From: Lama guanicoe
Lineage: Eukaryota
Direction: 5' to 3'
Length of the DNA stretch: 64,000 nt
NCBI GenBank assembly: GCA_013239625.1
Contig: MU054391.1
Span: 1,548,711-1,612,710, forward strand
Part shown: positions 1-12,786 of the stretch, piece by piece
Layout: every line of letters starts with the position of its first letter
Position numbering within the stretch: the stretch's first letter is position 1
Made by a program: the position numbers and the translations under genes
The notes under the pieces: generated by a model
What the model saw: the letters and a program-made list of their open reading frames with translations, nothing else
Databases searched by the model: none
What the model was told of the DNA's origin: nothing

Positions 1-2848
1 GCGACCTGGTCTACCAGCTCCTCCCATCTGCGAGCGAGGCTCACTCCTGCGCTTCCTCCTGCGGCCACGCCAGCAGCGGGCTGTGCTCATTAACGCAAAA
101 CTCCACTCAACTTAGAAACATGGAAACTCGATCTCTCTACTTTGCCCAGAAGTGCCCTGGGTTTGCAGTGGGTTTGCCCCGGCTGCTGGCGTCCCTCACC
201 GGCCCTGGAGGAGGGAGGAGGGTGGGGAAGGGCAGCTCCACCCCGTCACCAGGAACGTTTGTATCTTTCTTGTTAGAAGGAAAAGCAGAACAAAACAAAA
301 CGATGAGAAAAGGCAAATGGAAGGGAGCAGTTCCAGTGACAAGATGAAAACACGAGGACAGGGTGAGGGTTTAGTCAGCTGCTCCAAAGCCACGGTCCTC
401 AGACGCGGCACGTGAGTGTCTGCTGCGTGCAGAGACCTCGGCCTCCCACCAAGGGTCCCGCAGAAGCTCTCAGACGGCCAATTCAAAATGCAACTTAAGT
501 CACTAAGTTGTAACATTCCCTGTTGAATAAAGCTCATTTCTACCCATCCAATCACCTCAAACTAAAACCCTGTGCTGAAACCTGATTCTAAAATAAATTA
601 TTTGAATTTTCTTCTTTTTTCAAAAGTAATTGTGATTATTTCAAATTCCTAAATTCCCACAGATGGGTCAGAAAAAGAGACAAAATAGAAATGACAGGTA
701 CTTTTCACAGAAATGAGAGACTGAAACCACAGATTCCACGGAACAGTGCAGGCCCCTTTCTCACACACCGGAGGGTCTCCTACTGGTTAAGTTGAGTGAG
801 GTTCAGATGGAAAGGCCAAATTCAAATACCAGAAGTGCTGGAAAATGGGAATTTTACATCCAACACCACAAAAAAGAGAGCCAGTGAGAGCTCATAAGTG
901 CAGCATCCATGAGATCCCAGCTGACTCAACTAAGTGAGGACGACCCCCACAAACACACTGTCCGCCGCCCCCCAGCCGGACGGGTGTGAGCAGTGTCCCC
1001 AAGGCCCGCTGGCCTGTCCTCTGTGCCCGAGCTGGGGAGACCCTCCCCCCCACGGCACTTGCAGGGTGGAGGGCCAGGCCTGCCCTGCAACCACCCCGCA
1101 GCTCACACAGCCCTGGACATGGCCAGGCGGAGTGGGGCTGTCAGTCCCTCCACCTTTTGTCCGGAACACTCGAAGCCCTAGCAGCTGAGGTGGGGCGTCG
1201 CCTTCTCCCCTCCCTGCGCACAGGCCTGTGCACAGCCAAGCCTCCTCTAAACCGTGGCCCCCGTTCGGGCCTCTCGTGCCTTCCCTCGTGTTTAACCTTG
1301 AAAGCCATCTGCCAACAGTCTGCCCTCAGAGCCTACAGACAGTCCTGGTTGAGGCTGCGGCGTTGGCTCCCGGCAGGCGTGCACTGTGATGGCCTGGGGA
1401 CCAAGCCAGCTGGCGGCGCCACGCCACTGACCGGAACGGCCACTGAAGTGTGGGTGGGCCCTCTGCAGTGCCTTGTCCTCTGAGATGTCTCGTGTTTTCC
1501 TCTCAGTGCCGTGGGAAGCATTTCAATCAGTGCACAGAGAGCAGTGTGCTCTGGGGATGGGGGGCAGGGGTGCCCTGCATTCCCTCGTGCCCCGCTGGGC
1601 ACCTCGCAGGGTACAGGCTCTGGTGTCCCCTGGGTATCACTGCATCCATCTGCCCGGGGCCCTCCACCTCACGTGCAGACAGGAAACCACAGCTCAGGGA
1701 GAGGCAGCCAACCCAAGGACACGTCCAAGGACAGGTCGGCAGGGAGGAGCAGTGCAGCCTCAGACCCGACTCCAAAACCAAGCTCCTGACACCAGGCTCG
1801 ACAACCTTGGCGCTGAGCCGAGGGGAGAAACATGGATCTGATTCCATGTGGGCAGGGGCCAGAAAACACCTGTCTTCCCAACATCCAGAGACATGCCCAG
1901 CATTCAGCACGCACATGATGGCGTTTGCTGGGAAGATGGACAGACGGATGGACTGATGGACACGTGCCTGGTACGCATCCAGCGTGAGATCCACCCCCTC
2001 ATTCGCTGGGTGACCAACATCAGCCAGGTTCTCTGGTTTCCTAAGAGGAAAAGAAATCCAGGAAGGAGGCCCTTCCTGCGGGGACCGGAGCTGGGACGTG
2101 GGTCTCTTCCCGGGCTCTGCTCACCCGCCTGTCTCACCCGACCCTTCCTTGATGCTCCATCCACCACGTTCCCTGCATCCTCACAGCCTCTCCTGAGACT
2201 TACTCTCCTTTTCCCCAGGAATCGTTCCTGTGAAACCACCGGCACGCTGCTGTGAGGCCTAAGAGCAGGACTGCGCTGACTCCCAGACGGCTCAGCCGCA
2301 TGCCTCCCCGGGCTAACGAGCGGGGGCTCTCCTTCCATCACTTCTGATGGGGCTAGAGGCTCTCGGGAGCCGGTGCCGGGGTGGAAGCAGCCGGCGGGAG
2401 GAGCGGGCCACTCCTGACCCTAACTCCTCACTTCCCGTGCAACCACTTCTACTTCTACTGAGGGACGTGGAGGGCCTCTAGCACACAGAGCACTCTCATC
2501 CCCCAACAAGGCGTTCAGGCTGGATGTGCAGCGTTTCAGAGATTTTCATCAGTTATCCAACCCCTTTGAACGTTACCGTGGGATAGACAAGCACATGACT
2601 GTGAACGCCAAATGCTACAGCTGAAAACAGGTCTTCCGCCATCGGTCTGCTAGGGAGTTGGAAGGGCAGTATCACGCAAATCAGGCATTAATGACACAGG
2701 AACACCAACACGACCACAGAAAGCACTTCCACTTACAAAGCCTGGCCGTCGCCACGGTCCTCGCCATGGTCATCGCCGTGGTCGGGGGAAGAGCAGATGC
2801 TGACTGGAGTTGCTGCCGAGCGGCAGGGCCCACCTCCCACCCCTGACC

Positions 2849-3019
2849 CTCCCCAGCCCCTCCATCCCTCCCTCGGGCTCCTCGGGTGTCACTCCTGGAC
2901 CTGCCAGCCAGTGTGGGTGTGGCAGGCACTTGGACTCCCCAGCCCCTCCATCCTGCCCTCGGGCTCCTCGGGTGTCACTCCTGGACCTGCCAGCCAGTGT
3001 GGGTGTGGCAGGCACTTGG
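2849..3019. repeat. Tandem duplication, 2 x 86 bp
   Basis: The unit ctccccagcccctccatcc...ggcaggcacttgg starts at 2849 and again at 2935; only two internal mismatches seen. Confidence 0.95.
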
Positions 3020-6000
3020 CTTGAGTCCAGATGTGCAGATCTCAGTGGATGAGACCGACCCTTCAGCACCTCAGAGAAAAGCATCCACTGAAAACAGGGT
3101 CAAACGCTGCAGGAAGGCAGAGGCACATGCCCACCTCGGGAGCTCAGCCTCCAAAACCAGACACATCTCACTCCAAATGCGTAGCGCAGGGCCCTGCATG
3201 TGCGGAGAGTAACCAGGAGCGGGGCTTCTCCAACAAGGGTCCGTGTCCTTCAGTTGGCCACCCTCCACAGGACGCATGGAGGGGCTCTCGCCAAAATTCA
3301 GAGCATGGTGTCGGGACAGCCCCACCCTCCTTGCAGCCTGGACATCCCTTCTAGGCCACCATGTCCCTGCGCAGGACGGCAGCCATTCTGCTGTGGCCAC
3401 AGGCGCTTTCCCGGGAGCCTCTACACCCACCATCTCCCCTGATTAAAGGCAGTCTTCCAGCCCTATGGTTTTCATGCACTGCTCAGCTTTCTGGAGTTTG
3501 AATTGCCCGTTTTGCTTTCCTCCTAGAAGAGAACTGCTCTGTTAGTGTCTCCCCGCGGACTGGGGCGAGGCAGACGGGAAATTCTGCATTTATCCTGGCC
3601 TCACGGTGCCCCCAGCTCTGCTCCGTCCCCAGCCACCCCGCTGGCACTCCCATCTTCTCTCTGGGTCATCTCCCTGGACAGAGTTTTAAAACAAAGGATG
3701 CCAGCCTGAGAATATCCTTTCCCTCTGTGCAGAGTAGGGGGTGACGTGACCCAGAGACTCAGGAACTGGGGGAGGGGGTGGAGGACCGGGAAGCTGGCAA
3801 GTCCCAAGAGCGGCCCCGGGTCCTTGCTTCACTCAGCCTGGCGCCAGCCCTTGGGGGCGGGACATGGGCACCAGCCGTCCTCACTGGTCAGGCTCCCCCC
3901 ACACTGCAGGCAGGGGCTGCATGCCCAGGGCCAGATCCCTGACCCAAGGCGAGGGCCGCCCGAGCCTCCCTGGCGTCCCAACCCCATGAACAGCACCGAG
4001 GTCACTTCTCCAAGGCAAGGGCTCTTGTCACACCAGATGTCACACACATCCAGAACCTCCAGCCGGTACCGCAAGGGCCACATACCAGCTCTCGCAGGAC
4101 GGCCCCCGAGTTCTCCCTTGGCCTCCGTGCTCTGCCCCCCCACATGCACCGCTGGCTCCCTGGCCCCACAGCACTGATCACCGCTGGCCTGGGCCCCGTC
4201 CCCACCCCCGAGGGGACAGGATGCAGGGGTCTGTGCTCCCTTAAGCCCTGGACGCTCAGTGCCTTGCCAAGAAGCAACTAAATAGATAGCCATGAAGCAG
4301 ATGGATGGGTGAACAGTCTCTCCCCATCCTTGGCCACATTTTCCACCATCCTTAGAGCCAGGGCTGCGGGCTCTCTGGGACCCAGGCCCCGCCAATCTCC
4401 CGCCTCACACACCAGCCTGGCTGCTCTCCAATCACGGGCACCACCAGCCTGGCCTCCCTGCCGTCCACAGCCGACCACGCTAACACCGCCGGGGCCAGGC
4501 CAGCAGCAGCCCCTGCTGGAGTGGGATTCTCACGGACCTCTGCACAGTGCACACGCTCTGACCCCCCGCTCCAGCAGGCGTGCAAACCACCTCCTCATCA
4601 CGCCTTCCCTGCCCTCCACTTGCTTCAGTTCCTCCTCATAACACTCTTCTCTGCGAGCAACTACCCTGACACTCACGTGTGGCGTCTTCTGCACGCACAG
4701 GCCTGGAACGGTGCGGGCGGGAGCAGACACTCCGCGTAAACACCCAGGGCAGAGCCCAGTGGTACTTAGGACGCGTCGTGCAAAACAGTCCAAAGACTGT
4801 AAGAGATGCAAAACCCTTTCTAAACGCAGAAGGACCCAAAATGATGACCCGTATATTGAAGATGCTGCTTTGCCACTAACGCATGGTGCACAATCGGGCA
4901 GGAGGGCTACGATCTGCAGCCAGAAGCTCCCAGGAGCCGAGAACACAGCGAGGGGAATGTCTCCTCCCCTGGGACTCGGCCCCTGCAACCACCTCCGGTG
5001 ACGCCTCTGCAGGAGCGTCTCCTGCAGGTTATCCCTTCCGACTCGGGCTTTACAGCAGCTCTTGCTCTGGACCTGTGCTCTGAATTTTAGGCGCCCCAGG
5101 GCTTTCCGAGGAGAGTGAGGGGGGAGGTGACACAGGACACCGGGAAGGGGATGGAAAGAAGACAAAGCGCAGCAGCAGGACGTGTAGGACACAGAGCAGA
5201 CGTCCCCGTCAGTGACCGGAGGCAGCCTGGTGGACAAGGGTCAGACCACCCAGGGTCCTTCTGTAACTGACCAGGCTAACGGCCCCTGGGCCACATGTGT
5301 CAGCAGGTTAGACATGCCCCTGTTCCTGCCTGAACTAATAAGCAAGGCGGACCCAGAGAAAGCCCGTCTCTGCTGGTGCTCCAGGCCAGGCCAGGGAGCG
5401 AGGGAGGGGCCGGGGCTGGTGAAGCTCCCCACAGTCTGGGGCCAGCCCTCTGCTCTCTGATCAGGACGTGAAACAGGCTTGAACTCCGGCTTTGGCTCAA
5501 GATCCCGAGATCCCCCAGCTCCGGCACCAATGAGGACTCTTGGTGGCCCTAAAACCCGGTCTCTGCACTGAGGCGCACGGCCCCCACCAGCCTGAGCGCC
5601 AGCGCCCCGGCAGTGGAGACGGCTCGGGGCGGGGAGACTGCTCTGAGAGGAACCACAGTCATGCCCAGCACGACTGCACAGACACTTAGAGGTCAAGAAT
5701 TCAATTTTTTAGTAATTAGGATTCACATCAAGGCAAAATGGGATGCTGGCTTCTGTGAATGGCACACAGTTCATTACATACCTGAATGCCTTCTCTGTAT
5801 CAGGTTCTGCTCGGCACTGAATATTTATCATTTATAACCTATGTGCTTTCAAAAGGGATCTAGGAAAGAGGGCCACTTGCTAAATGCATTATGATGTAGA
5901 TCAAAATAATATTACCAAAACGAGACATATTTTAAAAATAGTTTTATGTAAATGCATACCTCCGTTAAGACAATAGCTTTAAAAATAACCAGCATGAGTG

Positions 6001-6956
6001 CGTATCCGGTAGGCAGCGTACTTCCAATGTGCACGGGGTGACACGTGGGGAGCGTGGGGACTGGGTGGGCAGCAGGCCCCTCGACACAGTGTCGTGTGTG
6101 ATCCACACAACAGATCAGCCAGGGAGTGTCTTTTTGTATCGCGGTATTATTATCATTTCACAAACAGCAAACCCAAGTTCTTCAACAGCAACTTCTTCCG
6201 CACTTTTGTGGAGACAGTATGATTGGCTGTTACCACAGGGGGTGCTTGGCGCAGCCCCCCGCCCACAGCCGAGGGCGCGCTGCCAGTGAGGGGCACGGTC
6301 AGATTCAGATGGCCCCCGCCACCTCCAGAGCTGTCTGTGCCCTTGTCTGGAGACCTGCCCAGGGGCCCTGCCCGGGCTCCCATGGGACAACGCGGGGTCC
6401 TGCTCTCTGAACGAGGTCTCGGGTCGACAGGTTCAGTGCTGGCTACCTGCCAAGCCCCCTCAGGGATGGCTTAAACTCCTGATGCTGGCCTGCGGCAGGA
6501 CACCCTGGCTCCAGGTGAGGTCGGGGACCCAGACCTGCACAGGGGGCTCAGGTGACCCTGACGTGCACCTGGCTGAGGACCTGTCACCGAAGTGAATGGC
6601 TGTCATCTGTGATCTAGCTACTGCTCACGCCCCCGCGCCCGTGATGAAAGGGGCGAGGCTCTTCTCCATGGTGGGCCTTCTGTGTGAACCCACCGCCAGC
6701 CCCTCTAGTCACCACAACGATCCTGACAAGTAGCTGCTGCTGTCATGCCTCCTCTACAGACAGTGACTCCCCAGGGTCACAGAGCCTCATGAAGGGCTGG
6801 GGCTCAAACCCGCGCTTCCTCCGACACCCCCAGGGCTCCTGTGAAGAACAGTAACCATCTCCAGAACAGCCCTCAGCCGCGTCATGGCAACTTTTGCCAA
6901 GATGATGACAGTAGTAGGGGAGGGGTTAAAATAGTGCCTATTGCTTTATAATGCAT

Positions 6957-7266
6957 TGCTGTAGACTAAATGTTTGTGTCTCCCCCAAATCCAACGATGA
7001 AGTCCTAACCCCCCAGGGGATGGTGTCAGGAGGGGATCAGGGCATGAGCGGAGCCTCGTGATGGGGTGAGTGTCCTTTGGAAAGAGCTCCCTGGCCCCTC
7101 ACCATCTGAGGAGTCTCTCTGAACAGGGAGGCAGGTGCTCACCAGACGCCGAAAGTGCCTTGACCTTGGACATCCAGCCTCCAGGACTGTGGGAAATAAA
7201 GGTCTGCTGTTTATACCCCGCTCAGTCTGCAGGACTGAGTTAGAGCAGCCCCAGGGGGTTAAGACA
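6957..7266 (+). mobile_element. MaLR solo LTR (MLT1-like)
   Basis: Typical start tgtttgtgtctcccccaaat..gaagtcctaacccc, internal gccttgaccttggacatccagcctccaggactgtgggaaataaa, end taagaca. Confidence 0.75.
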
Positions 7267-8646
7267 AGGATTCAACTCTTACCAAGTATAATAAAATTTG
7301 AGGCAGAGATGGGAGGGGAGATGTTTTGCAAAAAAAAACTAGAACTAAATATAAACCGTAGTGGCTTGATCTAGAAAAAAATAGCCATTAATGGGGGGGG
7401 GAGCTAGAGCCATTTTCACATTAAACAAGATAAGCTATTCTAAACCAGTTACATAAAAACCTTTCAGCTCAAATGCAGGCTTCCAGGCAAATAAAAAAAT
7501 GTCCTCTTCTCTGACCATGTGAGTTTCCCTGAGTCCCTGCCATCCGGCCTTCTTTTGTTTCCTTTCATTCCAGCACAGAACAATCTTTCACATCAGGAAT
7601 CTACAGACTGATGGCATGATCTGCTGAGTGGCTGTAGCCCAGAACATTCTGGTGTACCCAGCGCCTGGCCACCAGCCCCCATCGCCTCGGGAGTTCCCAG
7701 GCCACCTGCAGACACTTGGTAAAGGGCATCACGACCTGGGCCAGGGCTTCCTCCCCGGGACAGTCCTAGGACAGCCTTCGGAGGAGCCTGACGGGGATAA
7801 AGTCACCCTGCAGCCTATGCAGAGCCCAGCAGGGGGGCTGGCTCGTGACAGACGTCTCCTGCTTGTCACCTCGCGGCAAGGCCAGCGCCGCCTCCCGGGG
7901 GCCCTGCCATCCGGACACCCATGTGGGCCCCAAGAAGAGCAGCCTGGTCCACGGGCACCTGCGGGACTGGTTACCACGTGCACCTCAGCCCCATGACTTC
8001 TGCGGACCCTCCCACACCCCAGATGCTCGCTGCCTCCCTCCTGGGCTGCCGGGAGCACAGTCCTCGCAGGTGTGAGAGCAGGAGCCTCCCGGCAGCGGGC
8101 AGGCCTCCTCAGAGGCTCCAGGGAAGACCCGCCCACGCGATGAGAAGTTAGCTGTTATTTTAAGGGGTGGTCAGGTCACCTTCAACTTTGTTACAGGCAA
8201 GCGTGGCTTCTCCCAGGACTCACTGTTCTGATGTCTCAAAGCTCCTGTGACGTGGTGTGAAGTTAGCAGAAATCACAGACTGCTCAGTAAGATGCATCTT
8301 CTCTGAATTTAATCAGATGAAACAGTGGCTACTGGAACATCACAGACTCCAAACACTTGAACAAATACCAGCTTTAACAAGCCTTTGATGGGACCCCAAA
8401 TGCAAGCGACATTCACGCTTCCACTTAGAACAATCGATAAACAAGTAATTTCGTGCAATAAACATTTAGTAAATATTTTTAAAGCATGAATAAAAATGAA
8501 TTCTACTGTATAATAGTGACTGTTTTCCTGAGTCTAGTGCCAACCACAAGACAGACCATTACAACCGTGTGGTTGCTTTCAACCAGCTCAGCTGACCACG
8601 CTGGCCTGGGTTTGGCTGAGACCATGATGTGGTCTGTGACCTTTTC

Positions 8647-8762
8647 CTCTGCACACCCTGCACCCACCCAGCCCTCACCTCTGCACCCTCATCCCCACCC
8701 AGCCCCCACCTCTGCACACCGACCCCCATCCAGCCCCCACCTCTGCACCCTCACCCCCACCC
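8647..8762. repeat. C-rich minisatellite, ~30-32 bp unit (cacctctgcaccctcacccccacccagcccc), ~4 copies
   Basis: Repeated ctctgcac...cccacccagccc units are directly visible. Confidence 0.8.
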
Positions 8763-11133
8763 AATAAAACTTTATTGACAACCCAGGCAGCTGACCCTGC
8801 TGGTTGTGATTGCTGCTGAGACCATGAAAAAGTTCTGTTTGTTCTGTTTTGAAGTAGACCCAGGGCAAACTTCATCCCCCGCTCATCTACTGCATTTAAC
8901 AAACAATCTTCCAGCATCTACTACGTGCCAGGCACAGCTGTGTGCAATGTTGAGTCAGCTGCAGTGACTTGGTTTCCTATTTCCAGGCCCTTCCCCTTGT
9001 CCTCGAGCAGATGCCGTCAGCAGGAGAGGCCACATGGCCCGCCCTTCCAACCAAATCAGGGGCTGGGTCTTAGCCATCCCATACATATTTCCACAGACAT
9101 GAAAAGTGGGTTTTGGGGTTTCAGGAGAGAAGGCCTGGAAATCACTGGTCAGGACTGGACATCGCTGTGGTGCTGATGGCTGGCGTGTGGGACAAAGCCC
9201 GGGCCTGCTAACGTCAGCTGGCATCTGCTTCCTTCCCCTGGATCAGCCATCAGGCCTACCCAGGTTCTCGGAGATGACATTAATTCGAAGGGGTGATGGT
9301 ATCCAAAGATGCCGATACATGTGGGACCTTACTGTCTTGACAGTGTCTGCAAACTAGTTCTGTGATAAGGATGCTCCCGGCCGCTGTTTGCATTCAGAGC
9401 CATGGCACGTATGCTCCGTGTCCCTCGCGTGTCTGGGTCCCTCCACCCGCTCTGTGGGGGGCTCACTCAGGTGGGCAGGCCGCTTCTCACATCACTAGCA
9501 ATGGACACGGGGCTGAAGCCCCAGGATGCACTGGCCCTGCTGGCAAGGGGAAGAGGACCCCACAAACACCCCCCCGCCAGGGGAGCTAGCACCAGCCCTG
9601 CGGCCCTGGCTCATCTCTGACCACCAGGATGCCTCCTGGGGCAACACGGCTGTGGGGATACCAGGTAGAATGTGTCCTCCCCGCCCAACTATGAGCTCCA
9701 AGCAGGGTGGGTCTCCTCCAGACACAAGCGCAGTGAGAGGCGCACAGACAGGTGGCAGGCCCGTGGGACCAGGCGTGAGCTCTGTGGGGGTAGGGGGAGC
9801 CAGGATGGGAACGGGCCAGGCCCATGTCCTCACCTGTGGACCCGGGGTCGTCTCTGGAGATGAGCCAGCTCTGCTCGAGAAAGGGGTCAGCAACACTAAG
9901 AGGCACACGGGGTCACCATCACCACGATGTTACGTCAGGACCCCTGGTGTGGGGCCTTGTAGGGCCCAACATGGTGCATAACCCCCAGACTTCAGTGACC
10001 ACCCACCAAAGCCAACTCCACTGATTAAAAGCAGAGACCATTCTAGGACACACGGGACGAGAGGGCGCATCAGTCGTGACGAGGACCGCAGCCGAGGCTA
10101 GGTGTCCAAGGCAGAGGCGGAAACCACACGGAGGCCCCGTTCCGGCAGGAGCCTCCCCCGTCCCCCGGTCAGTGCTCCACGCAGAGCTCCACTAACGTTC
10201 CTTAACTTGTCCCAAGGCAACTAACTCCTGGTGACATCACATACTCTTTTTGTCATTAAAAATTGGGTTTCCCTTTTGAAATTACTTCAGTTAGAAAGAA
10301 GGAGGACCCTCTATGTTTCCCACATTTGTTTTCAGGATTTGTAAGTTTGGGGGTTGAACTTCCTTATCTCTTGACACCAGAAACAGGAGACAAGGAACAC
10401 AATACCAGGCATCCAAGCCCCAGAGGCCGTCTCCCAGCCCCACTGCGGCCCCGGCCCCAGGCCCCCCCAGAGCAGGGCACAGCACCACTCAGAGGCACAC
10501 AGGGCTGAAGGCAGGTGACCCCCCCACACCCCTGGTCAGCCGCACAGGCCGCCCTGCGCACGGGGTGGGAAGTGCGATCAGCACCTCCACACCAGAACAG
10601 CCCCCCCAGCCATGGGGGTTAGCGGGAGCCCCAGGGACACCAGAGCGTCACTGTGAGGGCCCGACACTAACTGTCACAGAGCCACAGCCCATGGAAGCAG
10701 GCCAAGGTCTACTCACTGAGCCCGAGCAGGGGGCGTGTCGCTAAATCGGATCCAGACCTTCCCAGGAACCATGAAATCATCATTTGCGGGGAAACAGACA
10801 GTCAGTAGCTGCCGACACCAAGACAGATCGACGCTGGGATCGTCTGTCAGAGTCTAAAGCAGCCGTCACACAAATACTTCGGGGGCAACTACAAACACTC
10901 CTGAAACTAAAGAAGAAAAAAAGACGTAGAAGATACAAAAAAAAAAAGATACAAAAAGAAATCACATGGGAATCACGTAACAAAAACTAAAACCACCTGA
11001 ATTAAAAACTCAGGGAATGGGTTCAATAGCAGAATGAGTATTATAGAAGAAAGAACCAATGAATTTGAAAACAGAACAACAGAAAATACCCAACTGGAAC
11101 ACCTGAGAGAAACAAACTAAAAAATAAAATGAA

Positions 11134-11334
11134 GGGGAGGGTATAGCTCAGTGGTAAAGCGCATGCTTGGCATGCACGAGGTCTTGGGTTCAATCCCCAG
11201 TACCTCCATTAAAAAAACAGTAATAATAAATAAACCTAATTACCCTCCCCACCCCAAAAAATAAAATAACAAAAAATAAATAAATGTCTTCCTTTCAAAA
11301 AAAATAAATAAGTAAAAAGAAATAAGAAAATGAA
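11134..11334 (+). mobile_element. tRNA-derived SINE (camelid Vic-1-like)
   Basis: ggggagggtatagctcagtggt (A box)...gggttcaatcccc (B box), A-rich tail, TSD-like aaaatgaa on both sides. Confidence 0.85.
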
Positions 11335-12141
11335 CAGAGTCTCGGGAACTCGCAGGACTGCGGCAAATGAGTGAAGTCATGTCAATGATGTCTCAGGACA
11401 AGAGGAGAGTGGGGCTGAAAAAGTATTAGACGAAACCGTGGCTGGAAACTTCCCAAATTTGGTGAAAGACACAACCGCAGATTCAAGAAGCCAAGAAAAT
11501 CCCAAACAGAATGACCCCAAAGAACTCCATTCCTGATGCATCATCAGTAGACGGGGGGGAAGCTAAAGACAACAAACAGTGACGCAGTGACAGAAATGAG
11601 GCCGGACCTACAGGGCCACCAGCTCCAGTGAAGGCAGATTTCCTGCCCCAAACCGCCCAGGCCAGACGGGCGGGGCTCCATGCTTTTCAAATACTGAAAG
11701 AGATAAGCTGCCAATTGTGAATTCTTTACTTAGTGAAAGTACCCTTGAGGAACGAAGGGAAAGACATCCTCAGAAGGAAAACTCCGAGAATTTGCCACCA
11801 GCAGACCTGCCCTTAAAAAATGGGAGAGAACGGGTTCCAAACACAAAGAAAAGAAGAGAAAGAAGGAGGCCTGGAACTTCAGAAAGGAAACGAGAACAGG
11901 AGATGGGCAGAAGTCAGAGTACAGTGGGCTTCCTCCTTACGGTTCTTAAATCACATCTGACGGTTGAGGGGAAACCCCCACGTTGCACTGACAGGCCACG
12001 TGAGGAGGCACATTTTTATTTTTTAAGCAAAAATAAGAAAAACAAAAACAGAACAAAAATACATACACGTATAGAAAACAACACATCTCATGTCAACATA
12101 TGTAGAGGAAACTTAACTATATTTTAAAAGTGAGGAGGGCG

Positions 12142-12329
12142 ACAGGCTCGCACCGCACAGCGCAGGGGCCGTATCAGCATCCTGTAGTGACTCGTGGCGG
12201 AAAAGAACGTGAACACGAACATGCGCGTGTTCAAGCGTGACCGGAGCGCTGTGCTGCGCACCAGAAGCTGACACAGCACTGTAAACTGACTAGACGTCAA
12301 TCAAAATATACGTGCATACAAGAAAAAAG
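12142..12329 (+). mobile_element. 5'-truncated L1 3'-UTR insertion, strongly GC-shifted
   Basis: Colinear with the L1 tail at 39113-39285. Flanked by TSD-like aagtgaggaggg (12128-39) and aagtggggaggg (12330-41). Confidence 0.8.
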
Positions 12330-12621
12330 AAGTGGGGAGGGAAAGGACGTACATGGAAGGGTTCTGGCCACCCCTCAGAGCAGGCTCGGTAAGTGACGGA
12401 CCTGGAGTGTATCTGGAGCAAACACCAGGAAAATGATACAAAGCAGTACGCTCGGAAACACCATAATAAATCAAGATGGAACTTTACAGAATGTTCAAGT
12501 AACCCACAGGGAGGCAAGAAAGAGACAGAGCAACAAGAAACAAAGAGAAGAAACAGAAAGCAGGCAATAAAACAGCCTGCTTCAGCCCCAACACACTAAT
12601 CATTTCAGTGTAAACGGTCTA

Positions 12622-12786
12622 CACTGTGTAGCACAGGGAACTATATTCAGTTTCTTGTAATAACACATAATGCAAAATAATTTGGAATTAAAATATACAT
12701 GTATGCATATAGAATTGAATCACTTTGCTGTACACCTGAAACTACCGTTGTAAATCAACCACACTTCAATAAAAGTTTTTAAAAAC
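12622..12786 (+). mobile_element. 5'-truncated L1 3'-UTR insertion
   Basis: tagcacagggaactatattc...gctgtacacctgaaact...cttcaataaaa, with TSD-like tgtaaacggtcta / tgtaaatggccta. Confidence 0.8.

Noticed and set aside
11134..11210. tRNA-like sequences with A and B boxes (also at 24734, 29135, 45469 and 63220)
   Set aside because: A-rich tails, TSDs and multiple diverged copies identify them as SINEs, not tRNA genes.
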